A stretch of 64,000 nucleotides of DNA, from NCBI RefSeq assembly GCF_044704955.1, contig NC_091994.1, positions 20,336,001 through 20,400,000 on the forward strand, written 5' to 3'. The notes under the pieces are model-generated. The model did not search any database. It was not told where the DNA came from and saw nothing but the letters and a program-made list of their open reading frames with translations. Numbering within the stretch: the first letter of the stretch is position 1; each line of letters starts with the position of its first letter. The DNA is from Pristiophorus japonicus (Eukaryota). Made by a program: the position numbers and the translations under genes. Shown here in pieces: positions 23,701 through 36,079 of this stretch.

Positions 23701-26700
23701 TGTCATGTATCTCACACCACTGTATACAACTGTATCTTACCATGCTATACATGACTGTAACTAGATATGACCTGTAACCACAAGCATACTTTACCACCAG
23801 GGGTGCACTTGCAGGAGACACTGCACACCTGTCCCACACAGGTATATAAAGGCAGGTCTCAGGCAAGTGTGGCATTCCAGAGCTGTAAAATAAAGGTGCA
23901 GGTGCTGAGTGACCTTGACTTCAGCATGTGCCTCGTGTGAGTCTGTACTGCAGGGTCAGGACTTTACAGTGGCGACGAGTTACGGGATCACAGAATCCAC
24001 AGAATGCTACCAAAGGCTCAGATGAGAAATACAATGCTGGAGATAATTTGGAGGACTTTTATAGAAAGGCTCCAGCAAAGCTTTATAACCAAAGACTGGT
24101 TGGGCGACGATAAGGCAGACAAGAGAAGAACGCATCTCTTGACCAGCTGTGGCTCGAAAACATACGCCTTAATGAAGGACCTGCTGGCACCCGAGAAACC
24201 AGCAAGCAAGTCGTTTGAAGAGTTAAGCACACTGGTGAGAGACCACCCGAAGCCAGCGAGCAGCCTCCACATGGCCAGACACAGGTTCTACAACTACAGA
24301 CGCTGTGTGGGCCAGAGCATACCCGACTTTGTGGCGGAACTTCGGAGGCTGGCTAGTTTATGTGAATTCTCCGATGAATTAAGGAGAGAAGTACTGAGAG
24401 ACTTTTCTATTGAAGGAATAGGCCACGCAGGCATATTCCGAAAGCTCATAGAGACCAAGTACTTGATCCTAGAGGCAGCAGCACTGGTCGCACAGACATT
24501 CTTGGCAGGAGAAGAAGAAACAAGGTTAATCTATACTGCGGGTATGACAACTAATGAAACATCGGAACAAGGGGTTCACAGCGTGAAACAAGCCGCTACC
24601 CCCACACACAGACAAAGGCAGGAGAGCAGGCCTTCAACAGCAGGCAGTGGCGCCAGAAGCCATCAAGGGCCATATGAACGGCCGTTCACACCTTATCAAC
24701 CCACAATGCGAGCAATCAACTACAAACTGAGAGAAGCTCAAGAGAGATCAGCCAGATGCAGCTCATCCTTCGGAAACAATGGAAGCAGTCTGTGCTGGAG
24801 ATGTGGGGGAAGGCACCCATCAAAGGGTGTCGATTTCAGCATGCTGTTTGCAGAAACTGCAACTATACAGGGCATCTGGCCCGCATGTGCAGAAAAACAG
24901 CAGCTCGGCTGGTATACGAATCGGAAGGGTCGGAAAGCGGACCAGAAGATGGTGGGGACAGTGCCCGGGACACCGAGGTACAGCGGGTCAACACAATCAA
25001 TGTCCACTGTCCTTACAACAAGATGCCTCCAATAATGATGAGGGTCCTACTCAACGGGATACCCGTCAACATGAAACTGGACACGAGAGCGAGTCAATCT
25101 CTCATGAGCGTCCAACAATTTGAACAGCTGTGGCTGCACAAAAGCAACAGACCAAAACTCACAAGGGTTGACACCAAACTAAGGACCTATACCAAAGAAA
25201 TCATCCTAGTCCTTGGCAGTGCCATGCACTCAGTCACACACAAAGCAACGGTGAACCGAATTCCCCTGTGGATTGTCCCCGGAGATCTCCCAGCACTGTT
25301 GGGGAGAAGCTGGCTGGCAAAACTAAATTGGAAATGGGATGATGTTCACGCCATGTCTTCAGAGGAACGGACCTCCTGCTCAACAGTTCTAAGTCAATTT
25401 GAACATCTCTTTCAGCCAGGTGTGGGCACCTTCAAAGGGGCTAAAATTAAAATCTACATCACACAGGATGCTAGACCGGTCCATCACAAGGCTAGAGCTG
25501 TGCCTTATGTGATGAGGGAAAAGATTGAACATGAACTGGACCGGCATCTGCGGGAAGGCATTATCTCACCCGTGGAATTTAGCGACTGGGCAAGTCCCAT
25601 CATCCCCGTCATGAAGCCTGATGGATCCGTACGAATCTGTGGGGATTACAAATCTACCATAAACAGAGTCCCCCTACAGGACCAATACCCGCTGCCCAGA
25701 GCAGAGGACCTATTTGCCACATTGGCTGGAGGAAAACTTTTCTCGAAACTAGATCTCACATCTGCGTATATGACGTTACAACTGACCGAAGAGTCTAAGC
25801 TACTCACCAGCATCAACACATATTGAGGCCTTTTCATGTACAATCGATGCCCATTCGGCATCAGGTCGGCAGCTGCTATATTCCAGCGCAACATGGAGAG
25901 TCTGCTCAAATCCATCACGGGGACGGTTGTGTTTCAAGACGAAATACTCATCACGGGCAGGGACACCGACTCCCATCTCCACAATTTGGAGGAAGTACTA
26001 AAGCGATTGGATCGGGTAGGCCTAAGAGTTAGAAATCCAAGTGTCTGTTTCTCGCGCCCGAGGTTGAATTTTTGGGCAGAAGGATTGCCGCTGATGGAAT
26101 CCGCCCAACAGAATCCAAAACCGAAGCAATTCGTCTGGCACCCAGGCCCCGGAATGTCTCGGAACTGTGCGCCTTTCTCGGGCTACTCAATTACTTTGGG
26201 AACTTTATGCAGAACTTGAGCATGCTGCTGGAGCATCTCCACGTGCTACTCAGAAAGGGGTGCGATTGGTTTTGGGGGACGCCCAAGAACGCGCCTTCAA
26301 TAAGGCACGCAACCTTCTATGTTCCAACAGTGTTATGACTTTTTTTGACCCAGGTAAAAAGCTAGTTCTTACATGTGATGCGTCAGCGTATGGGGTCGGG
26401 TGCGTTTTACAGCATGTCAATGGTGCGGGTAAATTACAACCCATTGCTTATGCCTCCAGGTCACTTTCGCAGGTGGAGCGCGGGTACGGTATGGTGGAGA
26501 AGGAGGTGCTCGCGTGCGTTTACGGTGTCAAAAAGATGCACCAATACCTTTTCTGGGCCAAGTTTGCATTAGAAACCCACCACAAGCCCCTCACGTCCCT
26601 GCTATCCGAGAGCAAGGCAATAAACGCCAACGCCTCGGCGCGTATTCAACGGTGGGCACTCATGCTGGCGTCTTACGACTACACAATAAGGCACAGACCA

Positions 26701-28434
26701 GGCACAGACAACTGTGCCGACGCGCTCAGCATGCAACTCCTGGCGACCACGGAAAGGTCCGACGAACAGGACTGTGAGATGATCATGGCACTCAATGCCT
26801 TTGAGTCCACAGGTTCGCCCATGACGGCTCGCCAAATCAGAGCCTGGACGACCAGCGACCCCACGTTATCCTTAGTCAAAAGATGTGTTTTAACTGGTGA
26901 CTGGGCAGAGGCTCGCGATGCCTGCCCCGAGGATATCAAACCTTTCCATAGGCGCATGCATGATGTGGGGCAGACTGCCTGATGTGGGGCAGCCGAGTAG
27001 TCATGCCTTTGCGAGGCAGAGAGGTGTTTGTCCGGGAGCTCCACCGCGAGCACCCGGGGATCGTTCTCATGAAGGCCATAGCCAGATCCCACGTCTGGTG
27101 GCCTGGCATTCACGCGGACTTGAAGCTCTGCGTCCAACGATGCACCATTTGTGCCCAACTCAGCAATGCCCCCAGGGAGACCCCCATGAGCCCCTGGCCC
27201 TGGCCCACAAAACTGTGGTTGCGGGTGCACATAGACTATGCGGGCCGATTCATGGGCAAAATGTTCCTCGTAGTCGTCGATGCATTTTCAAAGTGGATCG
27301 AATGCAACATTTTAATCTCGAGCACCACCCCACCACTGTGGAGAGCCTGAGAACCATGTTTGCAATGCACGGAATTCCTGACATATTGGTCAGTGATAAT
27401 GATCCGTGCTTCACCAGCGCGGAATTCCAAGATTTTATAGTTGACCATGGCGTAAATCACATTAAGACGGCACCCTTCAAGCCAGCCTCCAATGGCCAGG
27501 CGGAGCGAGCAGTGCAAATCATTAAACAAGGTATGCTTAAAATCCAAGGTCCCACACTGCAGAGCCACCTGTTGTGACTGCTGCTGGCATACAGATCTCG
27601 TCCGCATTCATTGACTGGGGTTCCCCCGTGCAACTATTGATGAAACGGACCTTAAAGACTAGGCTCTCGTCAATCCTCCCAGACATGCATGAAATTGTTG
27701 AGGCAAAGCGCCGGAAACTAACTGAGTACCATGACCGAAATTCAAGGGGGAGGTGGAATGAGATAGGGGACAAAGTGTTTGTGCTAAACTATGGCAGGAG
27801 TCCCAAATGGATTGCAGGGACAGTAACAGGCAAGGAAGGAAACAGGCTACTGGTTGTACAAATGGACAATGGCCAAACCTGCCGGAGGCATGTAGACCAA
27901 GTAAAAAGTAGATTCACCAACAACACTGCAGAACCAGAGGCAGACTACAATGTGGAACTCACACCACACCTGGTGGACAGACAGAGGGAACAACCTGAGG
28001 AAAGGGCAATCTCAACAGACAGCCCAGGCGAGATACCAGCAATCACACCGAAAGAAAAACAGGCACCAAGGCAAACAACTGCACCACAACTAAGATGCTC
28101 CACGCGAGAGCGTAGACCACCTGAGAGACTGAATCTATAAAAACAATAAGACCTTGGGGGAGGGTGATGTCATGTATCTCACACCACTGTATATAACTGT
28201 ATCTTCCAATCTATACATGACGGTAACTAGATATGACCTGTAACCACAAGCATACTTTACCACCAGGGGTGCACTTGCAGGAGACACTGCACACCAGTCC
28301 CACACAGGCATATAAAGGCAGGTCTCAGGCAAGTGTGGCATTCCAGAGCTGTGAAATAAAGGTGCAGGTCCTGAGTGACCTTGACTTCAGCATGTGCCTC
28401 GTGTGAGTCTATACTGCAGGGTCAGGACTTTACA
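23701..28434 (+). mobile_element. Gypsy/Ty3 (Mag-type) LTR retrotransposon, inner element, full-length but frameshifted
   Basis: TG...CA LTRs at 23701-23968 and 28168-28434; PBS tggcgacgag at about 23970 (complementary to the tRNA-Ser(GCT) 3' end); PPT gggggaggg at 28156-28164; gag-PR-RT-RH-IN fragments from 24004 to 28140. Confidence 0.95.
24004..28140 (+). pseudogene. Inner Gypsy gag-pol polyprotein, multiply frameshifted
   Basis: FIERLQQSF (gag), CWRCGGRH / CRNCNYTGHLARMC, LDTRAS (PR), WASPIIPVMKPDGSVRICGDYK, FQDEILITG (RT), LTCDASAYGVG (RH), SDNDPCF..NGQAERAV (IN). Confidence 0.9.
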
Positions 28435-29259
28435 ATGTAGGCTGAAGTGAGGTCCAGCTTCATGAACAGCATTCCACCTGCCAGCGTGGCAAAGAGGTCC
28501 TCCGCTCTCGGAAGCGGGTATTGGTCTTGCAGCGACACTCGGTTGATGGTGGCTTTGTCGTCGTCACAAATCCTAACCGAGCCATCTACTTTGAGGACGG
28601 GAACGATGGGACTTGCCCAGTCGCTGAATTCAACGGCCGAAATTATGCCCTCTCTGAGCAGCCTGTCCAGTTCACTTTCAAGTTTCTCACGCATCACGTA
28701 GGGCACCACTCTGGCTTTGTGGTGCACTGGCCTGGCATCCGGAGTGATGCGTATCACTACTTTAGTGCCCTTGAACGTACCGACACCAGGTTGAAACAGT
28801 GACTCGAATTTTTGCAAGACCTGCGAGCATGAACATCCCCCCATTTCCAATTCTTCTCAGCTAGCCAACTCCTCCCCAAAAGCGCGGGGCCATTTCTCGG
28901 AACAATCCAGAGTGGCAGCCGGTTCTGTCATCACCACCAAGTTTGCACTGCCCAGCACTGGGATGATCGCTTTGGTGTATGTACGTAGCTGCGTCTCAAT
29001 GTGTTCCAGTTTGAACCTGCTAGCTCTGTGTGGCTATAGTCTCTCAAACTGTTGGGCACTCATGAGAGACTGGCTAGCTCCCGTATCCAGCTCCATGTGC
29101 ACCGGGATGCCATTCAGTAAGACTTTCATCATCATGGGCGGCGTTTTAGTGTATGAGCTGTGGACGTCAGCCACATGAAAACTCTGACCTTCCACATCCA
29201 TGGTTGTTCCTCAGGCCTCATCCTGCAGACCCTTCGTCTGGTTCCTCTGTCTCGCAGAC

Positions 29260-30244
29260 TAGCCTCGCTACTGCCTTTTTGCACATCCTGGCCAAGTGTC
29301 CACTGACATTACAAATCCTACAGGTGTAAAGCTGGAACCTGCAGCTTTTGGCAGTGTGTTTGCCCCCACATCTCCAGCATGAGTTTGAGATTGCTGTTAA
29401 CAAAAGTACTATTCCCAGGCATTACTCTCTGATGGCCCGTTTGGCTGTTTCTAAGCACTCTGAATGGTCCCATCACGGGATGCATTGTTCCTCGTGATAG
29501 CGTGAATTGCTGATCCCCTTTCCATTGTCCCAGTTGCGGGCCCACCCTGGAGCTTGTTGTTGCCTGGGCGGTGTCGAATTGCCCTTGCCTGCCTGCCTGG
29601 GCAGTGTCAAATTGCCCTTGCCTACCTGCGGTTCTGTGTTCTGGGTTCTGTATCACTTTTACAACATTAACTCCCTGGTTCATCGCAACGTTAAAACCAG
29701 GGCTGCGTGCGTAAATTAGCTTGGTCTACTCTTCCTCTGCCATAAAGGTCTGAGCTATCAACGCCGCCCCTTCTAAAGTCAGATCCTTGGTCTTTATAAG
29801 CTTCCTGAAAATGCCGGCATGATTAATGCCCTCGATAAAAATGTCCATTAACATCTCACCCCTGCAGGCATCGGAGAACTTACAGAGACTGGCCAAATGC
29901 CGCAGTTCCGCCACGAAGTCCGAGACGTTTTGACCCTCCCGACGCCGGTGAGAGTAGAACCAGTGCCGGGCCATGTGTACGCTACTTGCCGGCTTGAGAT
30001 GCTCACTGATTAGCTGGCTGAGCTCTTCGAAAGACTTGTGCGCTGGCTTTTGGGGTGCCAGCAGGTCTTTCATCAGCGCATACGTCTGTGGACCACAGCT
30101 GGTCAGTAGATGCGCCCTCCGCTTGTCAGCCGCTGTCTCTTCCAGCCAGTCCTTTGTGACAAAGTTCTGTCGGAGTCTTTCCACAAAGTCGTCCCAGTCC
30201 TCACCCACACAGTAGCGTTCCTCTGTGCCACCAGTGGCCATCCT
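29260..30244 (-). pseudogene. Outer Gypsy gag (stop codon and frameshift)
   Basis: MATGGTEERYCVGEDWDDFVERL...; CWRCGGKHTAKSC and CRICNVSGHLARMC zinc knuckles. Confidence 0.85.
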
Positions 30245-31511
30245 CGTGGTTTGGTGATTCCCGTTTCTCGTCACCAGATATAGTGTCTCTGCACCTTGTT
30301 ACAAACTTACATGAGGCATGTATATGTCAGACACGGTCACTCTGTGACCTTCACTTTATTCCCAGGACCAAAGAGTGCTGACCCTGGGTGGGACCTCCCC
30401 TTTTATACCTGGAAACCCAGGTGAGGAGTGTCTCCTGCAAGCTCACCCCCTGCGGTCAGGGTGTGCATTTCAAGGGTACAGGTACAGTGTGCATGAGTTA
30501 CAGTTACATAATTATTGTCATTGCAAGATGTTGAAATACATGACAGTAGCGAGTTACACATTCTCACCACTCTCTGAGTAAAGACATTTCTCCTCATTTC
30601 CCTATTGGATTTATTAGTAACTATCTTGTATTTATGGCCCCTAGTTCAACGTGAACATTGGATAGGACAAATGGTGTAACAGACCTCCATTATTATAGAG
30701 GTAGATTTGAAGTTTACTAGAAATGACAGGGGAAGTATGTCTAAACATTTTTCACCTGGAGACCAAATCAAGGTTATTGAAGAAAGAATAAGAAACTGTC
30801 GATAGATTCAGGAGATGTGTCAACAGTGGTGTTGCATGTTGTTATAAATGATGTGCGTGTTGGTGGGGAGCAGTAAAGGAGTACTAAAGAATAGATATAG
30901 ATCATTAATTGGTCAACTTAGGCTCAGAGTGTGTACGGTATTGATCTGATAATGAAGGCAAGTAGATGAAAAGACAAATAAGTTATGTAAATTTATTGTG
31001 CTTAAATGAGGACTGTAGCATTGTTTCATGGAGAAAGCGAGCCATATAGAAAAGAGGAATTGCACTTAAATACGTGAAGTAGAAATAGGTCAGCAGTGCA
31101 GAAATATTTAAAATGCTGGATGAAGGGCTGGAGCAAAAATAAGAAACTGACAGAAGTGGTATAAGTAAAAGAAAGACAAGGAAGGAAAATTATAATAAAG
31201 AAAAGGATTTGTAGGATAAAGCTAAGCTGGTTATATTAAGGCTAGGAGATTACAGAATACAATGAAGGACCCCTGCAAGCCTTGATGAGTATGGAGAAAG
31301 CCCAACATTATAGGAGTAACTGAAAACTTGATTAAAACATTATGATGCGTGGCGATTTAACCTTCATATATTTAGCAAAAACACATGGCAGGAGATGGGT
31401 TCCATTACATGACAGGGAGGGATTAAATGTGATTGCTAAGTGGAACTGAATCTCTTTGGAATAGAGCAAAAGAACAAGTAAGGGAAAAACTGAGTAACAT
31501 GAATATGCTAT

Positions 31512-31620
31512 AGAAAGAAAAGAAAGACTTGGATTTATATAGCGCCTTTCACAACCACCGGACGTCTCAAAGCGCTTTACAGCCAATGAAACGCTTTTTG
31601 GAGTTTAGCCACTGTTGTAC
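31512..31620 (-). mobile_element. Deu-domain SINE 3' tail fragment
   Basis: aaagacttggatttatatagcgcctttcacaaccaccggacgtctcaaagcgctttacagccaatg. Confidence 0.8.
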
Positions 31621-31722
31621 GCTCCAGATAGTCAACAGAAGATACATGAAATGCTTTTTGGGTGGGGGGGGGGGCGGGGAATAAAACAGATGAGAGTAGG
31701 TCCTGAAAAGTGATCATCTTCA

Positions 31723-31822
31723 TCTAATATTGATTGGGTTGCACCCCTCTAATGTTAATCTCCCTAATATTGATTATGAGGCACTCCTCTATTACAATCA
31801 CCCTAATATTGATTGGGTTGCA
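31723..31822 (+). repeat. About 39-40-bp minisatellite, 2.5 copies
   Basis: ctaatattgatt recurs at about 31723, 31763 and 31803 with similar intervening sequence. Confidence 0.75.
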
Positions 31823-32129
31823 TAATGTTGGAAGTTCTACTGTGAACCTGTATTTATTGATCTAATGCACGATTTATTCATAAAACAGCATGTGTGGCAA
31901 CCAAGAAGGGTGAGTTGGATACACTAGGTCTGATTTCAGCAAATGAAGAGAAGTAAGAATGAAATACTAGCAAGGGAACATCTCAGGCCCTGTGACTGCA
32001 ATATAGTCACTTTTAAGATAAAAATAATGTTTGAAAATAGAAGGAAGGCGATAAAGAAGTTTGATTTTAGGCAAATTGAACCTGAAAGTTTGGGAAAACA
32101 TAAAATGGTCGCCGAGTGGGAGGAAAAAA

Positions 32130-32412
32130 AATAAAGCCTTGCATTTTTATGGCACCAATCAGACCTCCGGATGCCCCAAAGTGATTTACAGCTTATGAAG
32201 TGTTTTGCAAATGTAGGAAATGCAGCAGCCAATTTGCGCACAATATGATCTCAAAAACAGCAATGTGATAATGATCAGATAACCTACTTTTAGTAATGTT
32301 GGTTGAGGGATAAATATTGGCCAGGACACCATGAGGAACTCCCCTGCTCTTCTTTGAATAGTGCCATGGGATCTTTTATGTCCATCTGAGAGAGCAGACG
32401 TAAAAAAGTTTA
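32130..32412 (-). mobile_element. Deu-domain SINE 3' part
   Basis: gataaatattggccaggacacc...aatagtgccatgggatctttta. Confidence 0.8.
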
Positions 32413-32903
32413 ACGTAAAAAAAAAGGAGGTAGTAGAAAAATGCAGAAGTTTTAAAGAAATCATTTTAAAGCCTGGAAAGAATTTCTTCTTGGAATTAGT
32501 AGGGAGCAAAATCAATGGATTAAAAATCAGTGCAGCTGACTAGGGATGTTAAGAAAGTGAAAATTTTCAGTGTTCAAGAACTGAAGCAAGGAAGATAGAG
32601 AGGTCCATAAAGACAGACTATAAAAATGTCAAAAACTACTAAGGGCTGCAATGAGGGCACATGAAGAAAATATTACAGAGAAAATAAGGACAAACAATAA
32701 AGCTTTCTAATGTATTAGAAACAAACTAAAGATAAAGGTCGAACATTTAACACTCAACAAATTGGCAGCGGGTGAAGGTGGAAGTACTTGAGGACAGGAA
32801 AGGTGCTAAAGTGTTTGATGGCTGTTTTGCAAGAGCGTTTACTAATAAAGTGAGAAGAACAATAGCAAAGGTGGGGATACATTTCTCGACTGGATAGAGA
32901 ATT

Positions 32904-33544
32904 GGGGCTAGAAATTCATTCGGAGGACTCCTAAGGCATTAATATCACCCGGGCCCCAAATTTAGCGGCGGAAGATTTTTAGCGCCGGGCCCAGCAAAAT
33001 TCCGTTTCAGTGACCTGGGAGAGTGGAGCGGAGCGCATGGGGAAGTGTTCCATACTTCACTTAGGGCGCGAGGCTGAGTGCGCAACTGAAGATCCCATGC
33101 TAAAGAGTCGGCTTTGTAGTGCCCTGAGAGAGAGGCCTCCCTGCAAAAAAAAATCAGACCAAAATTCACAAAAAAACATTCCCTACACATTATTCAGCCC
33201 AAATAAAGTTAAATCGCAACAAAAAAATTCTCAAAATCAATCACACTTACCTGATGCAATCATGCCTTCCCTTTGCCCCCTGGGACAGGTCCGCACGCCA
33301 GGCTTTCTCTGGCAAGGTCACTGTGGCTCGCTACGGGTTATGAGCAAACCAAAGTTTGCTTCCATGTCACTATCAGGGGCGTTGCATACCGGCGCAATGC
33401 TCCCGGGCGATACTCCTCAGCGCCGCCGGTAACTGCACACTGAAGTTGCTGAGCGACGCTACTCTCGATGTTCGCTGGCACTTGCCCTTTAGCGCCCCTG
33501 TAGCGCCCCTCGCAGGAGGCGTTATCCAACCGAATTTTTCACTC
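32904..33544. mobile_element. CpG-rich Harbinger-type non-autonomous element
   Basis: Left end ggggctagaaattc; degenerate right end ccgaatttttcactc; flanks ATT/TTT; GC/CpG-rich interior. Confidence 0.6.
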
Positions 33545-33619
33545 TTTGTAATTGAAAAGTACAAGTGTTTAGATACAGATACTGAAGGTACACCTGGACT
33601 ACCTTATCTTCACCACAGG

Positions 33620-33758
33620 AGTTGGGAATCGATGGATATGGGGAATCGGGCGGGAACGTGGAGTCGAGGTCAAAGATCAGCCATGGTTTTACTGAATGGC
33701 ATAGCAGGCTCAAAGGGCCGTACAGCCCACTCCTGCTCCTAATTCTTATGTTCTTATG
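33620..33758 (+). mobile_element. CR1 3' terminus
   Basis: gatcagccatgg...ctcctgctcctaattcttatgttcttatg. Confidence 0.8.
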
Positions 33759-34025
33759 GGACAGGTGATTGTGGATTCATATATGGCTATTTTCCAGTGC
33801 TCGATAGATTCAGGGCAGATCGCAGAAGACGGAAATGCAATTGCTAACTTCAAAAAAGGGTCTAGAGATGAGCTATCTAACTATAGACCTGTACATCTCA
33901 CATTGATAGTGGGAAAATTGCTTGAAACAATGCTGAGACTGTATAAAGGGTCAATCAACATGAGAGGCATCAACCAATGGGAGGCAGCCAACCTGGCTTA
34001 AAAGATTACAGTACAAGGTTCAAGT

Positions 34026-34205
34026 GTCAGCTTGGCTCAGCTAGTAGTACTCCTGCCTGTGAGTTAGAAGGTTGCGTATTGAATCATGTTAGGGATTTGA
34101 TCATATAATCTAATCTAGCACTTCAATGCAGTACAGAGGGATTACTGCATTGTCAGAAGTGTCATCATTTAGATGAGATTTTGAACCAAAGCCCCATCTG
34201 CCTGT
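34026..34205 (+). mobile_element. Deu-domain SINE 5' half, degraded
   Basis: tRNA-like head gtcagcttggctcagctagtag followed by gcagtacagagggattactgcattgtcagaag. Confidence 0.65.
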
Positions 34206-34704
34206 TCTTTTATGTGGGAAGTGTCAAATGTCTTTTTAAATCCAGTTAAATAACATTCACTGTCTCACCCTCATCCACAAGTTGGTAACATCATCAAATA
34301 AAAATCTGATATATTTGCCAAATACAAACTCCCACACCTAAAGCTACATTGGTTGCCTTCAATTAATCTGTAGCCCTCAATATTGGGACCACTGTTGCGT
34401 CATGTTTTATAAATAACTTGGAAACTGAAGTAAGTCCAAATATTCTCCATTTGCAAAATGGATGGAATAATAAATAACTACCTAATGTACACAAATTCAG
34501 AAAGATTTGAAGATTGTTGCCAGGGTTTTCGATTTCTATGTTTGCTAGCCAGTGATTTCCTGCCCATTAAAGTAAACCGGGGGTCAGTGAGGTGGGGGGA
34601 AGGGGAGATGGAAATCAAGGCCTGTAGAAGAATTTCACAACTAGTGGACATAGAATGAGGGAATTAGAAGCAAATAGAGAATTCAGGAAACAAAACTTTA
34701 GCAA

Positions 34705-35470
34705 GAATGACTTGGATAAAGCGCCTTTCACTACCTCCAGACATCCCAAAGCGCATTACGACCAATTAATTATTTTTGAAGAGTAGTTACTGTTATACTA
34801 TCATTCCCGGGATAGTTGGACTGACATATGAGGAGAGACTGGATCGACTGGGCCTGTATTCACTGGAGTTTAGAAGGATGAGAGGGGATCTCATAGAAAC
34901 ATATAAAATTCTGACGGGACTGGACAGGTTAGATGCAGGAAGAATGTTCCCGATGTTGGGGAAGCCCTGAACCAGGGGACACAGTCTAAGGATAAGGAGT
35001 AGGCCATTTAGGACTGAGATGAGGAGAAACTTCTTCACTCAGAGAGTTGTTCACCTGTGGAATTCTCTACCGCAGAGAATTGCCAGTTCATTGGATATAT
35101 TCAAGAGGGAGTTAGATATGGCCCTTACAGCTAAAGTGATCAAGGGGTATGGAGAGAAAGCAGGAAAGGGGTACTGAGGTGAAGGATCAGCAATGATCTT
35201 ATTGAATTGTGGTGCAGGCTTGAAGGGCTGAATGGCCTACTCCTGCACCTATTTTCTATGTTTCTATACTGCAGGAAGACTGGCAGCCATTTTGTGCACA
35301 GCAAGCTCTCACAAACAACAATGTGATCAATTACTTAGACAACCTGTTTTTTATTGCTGTTGGTCCAGGGATAAATATTGGCGAGGACACCAGGAAATCC
35401 CCGCCCCCCCCCCTCCCTCCTCCCCCGCTCTTCTTCGAATCTTCGGATCTTTGACATCCATCTGGGAGGG
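34705..35470 (-). mobile_element. Deu-domain SINE split by a CR1 insertion
   Basis: Tail at 34705-34800 and body at 35265-35470 are collinear once the CR1 is removed. Confidence 0.7.
34802..35265 (+). mobile_element. CR1 LINE 3' fragment
   Basis: IPGIVGLTYEERLDRLGLYSLEFRRMRGDLIE; tail ttttctatgtttcta; possible TSD tatact. Confidence 0.9.
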
Positions 35471-36079
35471 TGATCAATATGTGGAACAGGAAGTCAATAT
35501 GAGCCGTTGAACAGGAATCCTTTTGGGGTTTCTCACAGGAAACAAGTGAAGGATGGAAGGATTCACAGTTGTTAAAAATGATATAAGGGACATCTCAGAG
35601 CAAAGGGCTAAATGGGCAGATAGGCTTCTCAAGCCTCAAATATATTTCTGCGATGCCCAGCGGGTCCTAGGCAAACCCAGTATAATTTGAGTCTGGTCCA
35701 GTGTCCAGCTATTAGTTTCCGAGCGGTCCGCAGCCATCCTGTGACCTTCCTTGGCTGCCTTGGGGTTAAGAAAAAAATGCAGCAGCTTCGGGTAATAAAC
35801 ACTGGACTCTTAAAACAAGTCAACTTGTCTTGGCAATCCTTCCTAGATCCAGAAAAAATATATAATTGGAAGGCAGAATCTCGGTGTTTCTGCTTGAGGC
35901 TGCCCCGCACAGTCTGCTGTGTTTGTTATTTCATCTTTGGGAAAGGGGAGAGTGAAACTCATTGTCACATGGCTGGGGGCGGAGAGGTGATGTGTTTGGT
36001 CGTGATGTGGGGCAGGCTTGATGGGTCAGCGGGTCTTTTCCTGGCCGGTTATGTGAAGAGGTAAACATTAAAAAACAAA

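Larger units (their letters stand above)
21057..30545 (-). mobile_element. Gypsy/Ty3 (Mag-type) LTR retrotransposon, outer element, disrupted
   Basis: 267-bp LTRs at 21057-21323 and 30279-30545; PBS tggtgacgag next to the 5' LTR; PPT aaggggggagg; TSD GTAGA/GTAGC; gag with two CCHC knuckles, protease (LDTGA), RT, RNase H and integrase. Confidence 0.95.
30700..34520 (+). mobile_element. Very old fragmented CR1-like LINE interleaved with younger SINEs and a MITE
   Basis: Scattered motifs: ataggagtaactgaaa (IGVTE), agggagcaaaatcaatggatt, and FKKGSRDELSNYRPVHLTLIVGKLLE (33756-34001). Confidence 0.5.

Noticed and set aside
31723-31822. CRISPR-like repeat-spacer pattern (also 53408-53469)
   Set aside because: Eukaryotic context, only 2-3 units, the spacers resemble each other or are too short, and there are no cas genes.
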